Positions 63,261 to 64,000 of a stretch of DNA of 64,000 nt are shown one piece after another; position 1 is the stretch's first letter, and each line of letters starts with the position of its first letter. Under the pieces are notes generated by a model. It worked only from the letters and a program-made list of their open reading frames with translations. It ran no database searches and was not told the origin of the DNA. The translations under genes and the position numbers were made by a program. This DNA is from Geosiphon pyriformis uo1 (Eukaryota > Fungi > Glomeromycota), in NCBI GenBank assembly GCA_016748015.1, contig JAAOMT010000295.1, forward strand, positions 1,302,001 to 1,366,000, written 5' to 3'.

Positions 63261-64000
63261 TTTTCAAAAATTGACAATATGCTAAATGATCTTGGAAAAG
63301 CCAAGTTTTTCTTAACTTTAGACTTAAAAAAAAATATTAACAAGTCAAAATAAATCTTAAAAATCACTTAAAAACAGCATTTACTATATAAAAAAAACTA
63401 TGAGTTTAATGTTATGCCATTTTAACTTTGCAATGTACCAGTAATATTTTAAAGACTCATGAATATTGTTTATGAAAAACTCTTATAACAATCAGTAGTT
63501 ATTTATCTTAATAATACTAATGTCTACTTATCAAGTTTCAAAGCTTATCTAATCTATTTGCAAAAAATTTTTCAATAATTACAGAAAGCAGAATTGAAAT
63601 TAAACATTGAAAAATGTTATTTCAAAAAAACAAGTTTAATTTTTTTTGAACATATTGTTAGTAAAAATGAAGTGCAATCCAATCCAAAAATAATTAGTGC
63701 TGTTAAAAACTTTTAGGTTTTCCAAAATATTATAGAACTAAAAGAATTTATAGGATTAATTTTCTATTACCAAAAGTTTATTAAAAAAATTTTTGAAATC
63801 ATTAAACTACTTAACTATCTAATTAATAAAAATATTAAATATTAATAGATTTAAGTCTAACAGCAAATATTTGATATTCTCAAAAAAAAACTCATTACTA
63901 TTTTAATTCTTATTTATCTTAACTTTAACAAAAAATTCTAGTTAGTCATTAATATTTTATATACAGCTTTTGGTACTATCTTATTATAATTAAATATCAA

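Larger units (their letters stand above)
49042..64000 (+). mobile_element. Old Ty3/Gypsy LTR retrotransposon B (gag-PR-Cys-rich region-dUTPase-RT-RNase H), interrupted by element A and a hAT MITE, running off the window
   Basis: Decayed gag at about 58500-59100 (..EFT...DTSPQK*..KAGNAN..AFKDAFLKQF), protease LILDSKS at about 59850, dUTPase 61120-61515, RT at 62000-62302 and 63261-63700 (YLDD decayed to YLNN at 63504-63515). The left boundary (putative 5' LTR TGTTACT 49042 to CAGTAA about 49582) is less certain than the internal domains. Confidence 0.75.

Noticed and set aside
1-64000. tRNA, rRNA or other structured ncRNA genes
   Set aside because: None recognised by eye; tRNAscan-SE/Infernal would be needed to exclude them.

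Overview
Very AT-rich eukaryotic (fungal) genomic DNA with short GT-AG introns, many microsatellites and one 20-N assembly gap. The gene content and the transposon types (Ser-less class-3 lipases, a dUTPase-bearing Ty3/Gypsy, LINE relics) suggest an early-diverging Glomeromycotina fungus, possibly Geosiphon pyriformis or a relative; this is inference, not a database result. Positions 1-45 kb hold scattered genes: a PRXL2A/AhpC-TSA-type redoxin, an SFP1-like C2H2 factor with an Asn-rich domain, a small stand-alone chromodomain protein (only visible after splicing), two paralogous secreted class-3 lipases that both lack the catalytic serine, a Cys-rich secreted protein, a Ser-rich disordered protein, a hypothetical gene whose 3' end is duplicated into a broken Pro-rich gene, and a further pseudogene. 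Positions 45.4-64 kb are a nested stack of transposons. A LINE relic is interrupted by an old Gypsy element (B) carrying a dUTPase. B is interrupted by a full-length Gypsy element (A, 49805-57565: LTRs, PBS, PPT, 4-bp TSD, extra ORF after integrase) and by a hAT-type MITE. Transposon copies have decayed almost only by C>T/G>A transitions on both strands, including outside CpG, which looks like a RIP-like or methylation-driven genome defence. All gene models were spliced by eye and need RNA-seq confirmation.
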